Shown: piece by piece, positions 14,509-17,383 of the stretch
Layout: each line of letters starts with the position of its first letter
Position numbering within the stretch: position 1 is the stretch's first letter
DNA from: Okeania sp.
GTDB taxonomy: Bacteria; Cyanobacteriota; Cyanobacteriia; Cyanobacteriales; Microcoleaceae
Assembly: GCF_035285525.1 (NCBI RefSeq)
Contig: NZ_JAYKGW010000055.1
Location: forward strand, 1 to 17,383
Direction: 5' to 3'
DNA length: 17,383 nt
Made by a program: the position numbers and the translations under genes
Notes under the pieces: generated by a model
Seen by the model: the letters and a program-made list of their open reading frames with translations, nothing else
Databases searched by the model: none
What the model was told of the DNA's origin: nothing

Positions 14509-15127
14509 AATGCCTAAAACAAAAATATTACAAGAGGGTAAATCTTATGCTTTTCAGTCTTATTTTGAACTATCTTATGAAGCTGATGAAATTCTAGGAG
14601 AGTTAAATTATTCATTAATTAAATCTGATTGATCTTTGCCCTAGACAACAAAAAAATTAGAAAGTTTATCCGAAGTACAGAATAAACTAGAGAAGATTTT
14701 ACCGTTTGTTAATTTAAGTAATGAAACTGCTAGAAGATAAATTTTAGTGTCTCCAATTTTATTGGAAACTGTTAATTATTGTCATTGCCAGTTAAGAATT
14801 GAATATTATTTAAAAGTCAATAATTGGTTGAAAGGTAATTGAGAATATTTATTATGTTCCACGAATAATTTATTAGTTATTGGAGCCAAAAATGATGATT
14901 TAACTAGAGGTTTTACTCAAATAGATGTAGAATTAATTCCATTAGCTGAAGTTGAAGAAAAAAATATTTTCTATGGTGGAGTGACAATAGGGAATGTGTC
15001 GCATTTTGGTAAATTAAATAAAGCCGAAAAGTAAATTATACAAGATATCAATTTATTGAAAATTCCAGACGATATAAAAGATTTAGGTGCAATTTTGGTG
15101 GGTATTTGGGAAGGAGTAGAAAATTAA
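14509..15127 (+). pseudogene. Decayed paralogue of the PD-(D/E)xK gene at 5551-6168
   Basis: It is colinear with 5551-6168 at roughly 85-90% nt identity by eye. It carries one extra A in the A-run after codon 4 (619 nt versus 618 nt), which causes a frameshift. In the homologous frame there are five nonsense codons (TGA, TAG, TAA, TGA, TAA). The active-site equivalents are altered: LDYLL becomes *EYLL and VIEAK becomes VIGAK. Confidence 0.85.
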
Positions 15128-15228
15128 AATAATAGAGCAAGCAAATTATAAGTATCTGAAGTACAGATATTAATAATTAAATGTTTTTAGTGCAGACATA
15201 TTGCCCGCGTGAGTGTATCTCACCAAGG
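15128..15228. repeat. Third copy of the inverted-repeat-arm sequence (same orientation as 6178-6263)
   Basis: tacagatattaataattaaatgtttttagtgcagacatattgcccgcgtgagtgtatctcaccaag (15162-15227) matches the reverse complement of 5375-5441 more closely than 6199-6263 does. Confidence 0.75.
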
Positions 15229-15486
15229 AAGAATCTGCTGTATATTCAGTTGAATAATTATAAATAGGTTTTGGTGGTTGAAAATCTAGTTGTTGAGGTA
15301 GTAAGTAGGGAGGTAAAGAAGTTCATACAAGTCCCTACTATTAGACACAATGTATATTACAATTTATTCAGGATTACCATAATTTATAGCTAACTGTTTA
15401 AAGCAATATTTGTAATAATAGTTTGCTAGCTTGATATTCGTATTTATGTTAAAAAGTTAAATAGTCTAAAAATAAGGATTTTAACC

Positions 15487-16953
15487 ATGACAAATTTACA
15501 AACTCAAAAACCTAAATATACTCTTCAAGATTGGCAAAGAGGATATGAGTCTCAACCCAATGAATATGATTATTGGATTGATAATATAGAAGGAGAAATA
15601 CCAAAAGATTTAAACGGTACATTTTTCCGTAACGGACCTGGTTTATTAGATATTAATGGTCAATCTATTGCTCATCCTTTTGATGGGGATGGAATGGTTT
15701 GTTCAATAAGCTTTAAAAATGGTCGTGCTTTCTTCCGAAATAGATTTGTAAAAACAGAAGGTTATGTGGCAGAAAAAGCAGCCGGAAAAATTCTTTATCG
15801 AGGTGTTTTTGGTACTCAAAGACCAGGTGGTTGGTTAGCTAATATTTTCGATTTAAAAAGTAAAAATATTGCCAATACTGGTATTCTTTATTGGGGCGAT
15901 AAACTTTTGGCTTTGTGGGAAGGAGCGCAACCTCATCGTTTAAATCCTCAGAATTTAGAAACTATTGGAATTGAAGATTTAGATGGAATTTTACGATCAG
16001 GTCAAACTTTTTCTGCTCACCCAAGAATTGAGAAAGGAAAGGATGGAAAAGGAGATATTTTAGTTAATTTTTCTGTCAAAACTGGTCTATCAAGTATCAT
16101 CACTATTTTTGAATTTAATAGTCAAGGAAAATTACTTAAACGTTACTCTCATTCGATTCCTGGTTTTGCCTTTTTACATGATATGGTAATTACACCAAAC
16201 TACTGTATCTTTTTCCAAAATCCTGTTAGTTTAAATCCTCTTCCTTTTTTGCTAGGATTCAAAGGTGCTGGTCAATGTTTAAAGTTTTTACCTAATAAGT
16301 CAACCCAGGTAATTTTAATTCCTCGTGATGGTAGTAAAGAGATGAAAGTTTTGCCAACTCAACCTTGTTTTGTCTTTCATCATGCTAATGCTTGGGAAGA
16401 AAATGGAGAGATTTATGTAGATTCTATTTGTTATGAATCTTTCTCACAAGGAGACTTAGCTGGTGATTTTCGGGAAGTAAATTTTGATGCTATTCCAGAA
16501 GGTCAGTTATGGCGATTTAAGATTAATTTATCAGAGAATAATGTAGAACATAAATTAGTGGAAAGTCGTTGTTGTGAATTTCCAACTTTAAATCCAAATA
16601 ATGTAGGAAAAGCTAATAGATATTTGTTTATGGGAGTTGCTGAACAACTAAGTGGAAATGCTCCTTTACAAGCAATATTAAAAATCGATTGGCTAACAGG
16701 AAAACGTCAAGTTTTTAGTGTTGCGCCGCGAGGTTTTACAGGAGAACCTTTATTTGTTCCTTTTCCAAATGGGGTGAATGAGGATGATGGTTGGTTATTA
16801 ATGTTGATGTATGATGCAGCCGAAAATCGGTCGGATGTTGTGATTTTGGATGCTCGTGATTTGGAGAAAGAACCTGTGGCAAGATTACATTTAAAGAATC
16901 ATATTCCTTATGGTTTGCATGGCAGTTTTACATCTCATTATTTTGGGGAATAA
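15487..16953 (+). CDS. Carotenoid cleavage oxygenase (RPE65/CCD family; apocarotenoid-15,15'-oxygenase-like)
   Basis: 488-aa ORF with family hallmarks: FRNGPG, HPFDGDGMV, and the four iron-ligand His contexts FSAHPR, FLHDMV, FHHANAWE and YGLHGSF. The length is typical of cyanobacterial ACO/Diox1-type enzymes. Confidence 0.9.
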   Translation: MTNLQTQKPKYTLQDWQRGYESQPNEYDYWIDNIEGEIPKDLNGTFFRNGPGLLDINGQSIAHPFDGDGMVCSISFKNGRAFFRNRFVKTEGYVAEKAAGKILYRGVFGTQRPGGWLANIFDLKSKNIANTGILYWGDKLLALWEGAQPHRLNPQNLETIGIEDLDGILRSGQTFSAHPRIEKGKDGKGDILVNFSVKTGLSSIITIFEFNSQGKLLKRYSHSIPGFAFLHDMVITPNYCIFFQNPVSLNPLPFLLGFKGAGQCLKFLPNKSTQVILIPRDGSKEMKVLPTQPCFVFHHANAWEENGEIYVDSICYESFSQGDLAGDFREVNFDAIPEGQLWRFKINLSENNVEHKLVESRCCEFPTLNPNNVGKANRYLFMGVAEQLSGNAPLQAILKIDWLTGKRQVFSVAPRGFTGEPLFVPFPNGVNEDDGWLLMLMYDAAENRSDVVILDARDLEKEPVARLHLKNHIPYGLHGSFTSHYFGE

Positions 16954-17260
16954 ACAATAATGGATAATAGATAATTGATAATGGATAATGAAAATTATAG
17001 CAATCCGTGCTTATGTTGCCGGATTTATGACGGGAATCAAATAGGTATTTTATATCTATAATTATCAATTATCTATTATTTATTCTGTCTTAATAGGAGA
17101 AGAAACTACTAATATTTTTAGTGAAAGTAAACGACTTTATTACGATTTTTATGATGTTTTTAACAGGCTATAACTAGAGGATAACTATCAAGATAAGTCT
17201 GCTTTAAAGATTAATTTTACTCTAAATATTGTTTGATTTAGCGGTTCTACGGCAGACGTG

Positions 17261-17383
17261 GAAATAAGAATTTTTAACTATTGCGATATACGCAATAGGA
17301 ATTTTTACTCAGATTCACAAACTTCATAGAATCTCTGAGAAATAAGAACTTTTAACTATTGCGATATACGCAATAGGAATTTT
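17261..17383. repeat. Two copies of a >=45-bp repeat with an internal 8-bp stem, separated by a unique 33-bp spacer; possibly the first units of a CRISPR array, cut by the window edge
   Basis: gaaataagaa(t/c)ttttaactattgcgatatacgcaataggaatttt occurs at 17261-17305 and 17339-17383 (period 78 bp, one mismatch). The internal palindrome is ctattgcg-atata-cgcaatag. The 33 nt between the copies are unrelated to the 33 nt before copy 1. Confidence 0.6.

Noticed and set aside
16996-17075. 25-codon ORF (MDNENYSNPCLCCRIYDGNQIGILYL) between inverted GGATAAT-type tracts downstream of the oxygenase gene
   Set aside because: It starts within a heptamer repeat, has no RBS, and is enclosed by an inverted repeat that more likely forms a 3' stem-loop for the oxygenase transcript. 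There is no basis for a coding call.

Overview
AT-rich cyanobacterial chromosome segment. Evidence for the origin: a psb28 gene, HIP1 octamers (GCGATCGC) at 551, 3322, 6575 and 7016, and heptamer-based STRR-like tracts, which together suggest a filamentous Nostocales-type genome. No rRNA or tRNA gene was recognised. Ordinary genes sit at both ends. On the left are the start of an IS transposase (runs off the edge), moaB, psb28, and an ABC-2 ATPase plus permease pair. On the right is a carotenoid-cleavage oxygenase. Between about 5.4 kb and 15.2 kb lies a repeat-dense accessory segment. Its core is a co-oriented minus-strand three-gene cluster: (1) a 376-aa TRAFAC-type GTPase with intact G1-G5 motifs; (2) a 909-aa, mostly helical protein whose N-terminus resembles, from memory, the GTPase-associated protein 1 (GAP1) N-domain signature; (3) a 487-aa protein with a Cys/His knuckle, three TM helices, a coiled coil, a fourth TM helix and a C-terminal soluble domain. 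I read this as an uncharacterised GTPase-centred conflict or defence system, and it is the main candidate for something new. The segment is bracketed by an intact PD-(D/E)xK nuclease-fold gene and a decayed direct-repeat copy of it. The intact copy is itself flanked by ~86-bp inverted repeats. The segment also holds a duplicated block with possible RAYT-like transposase remnants, a perfect 30-bp HIP1-centred palindrome, a palindromic dispersed repeat family at gene boundaries, and a 122-bp element repeated upstream of genes 1 and 3. A CRISPR-like repeat pair is cut by the right window edge. All functional calls come from motif reading by eye; no database search was possible.
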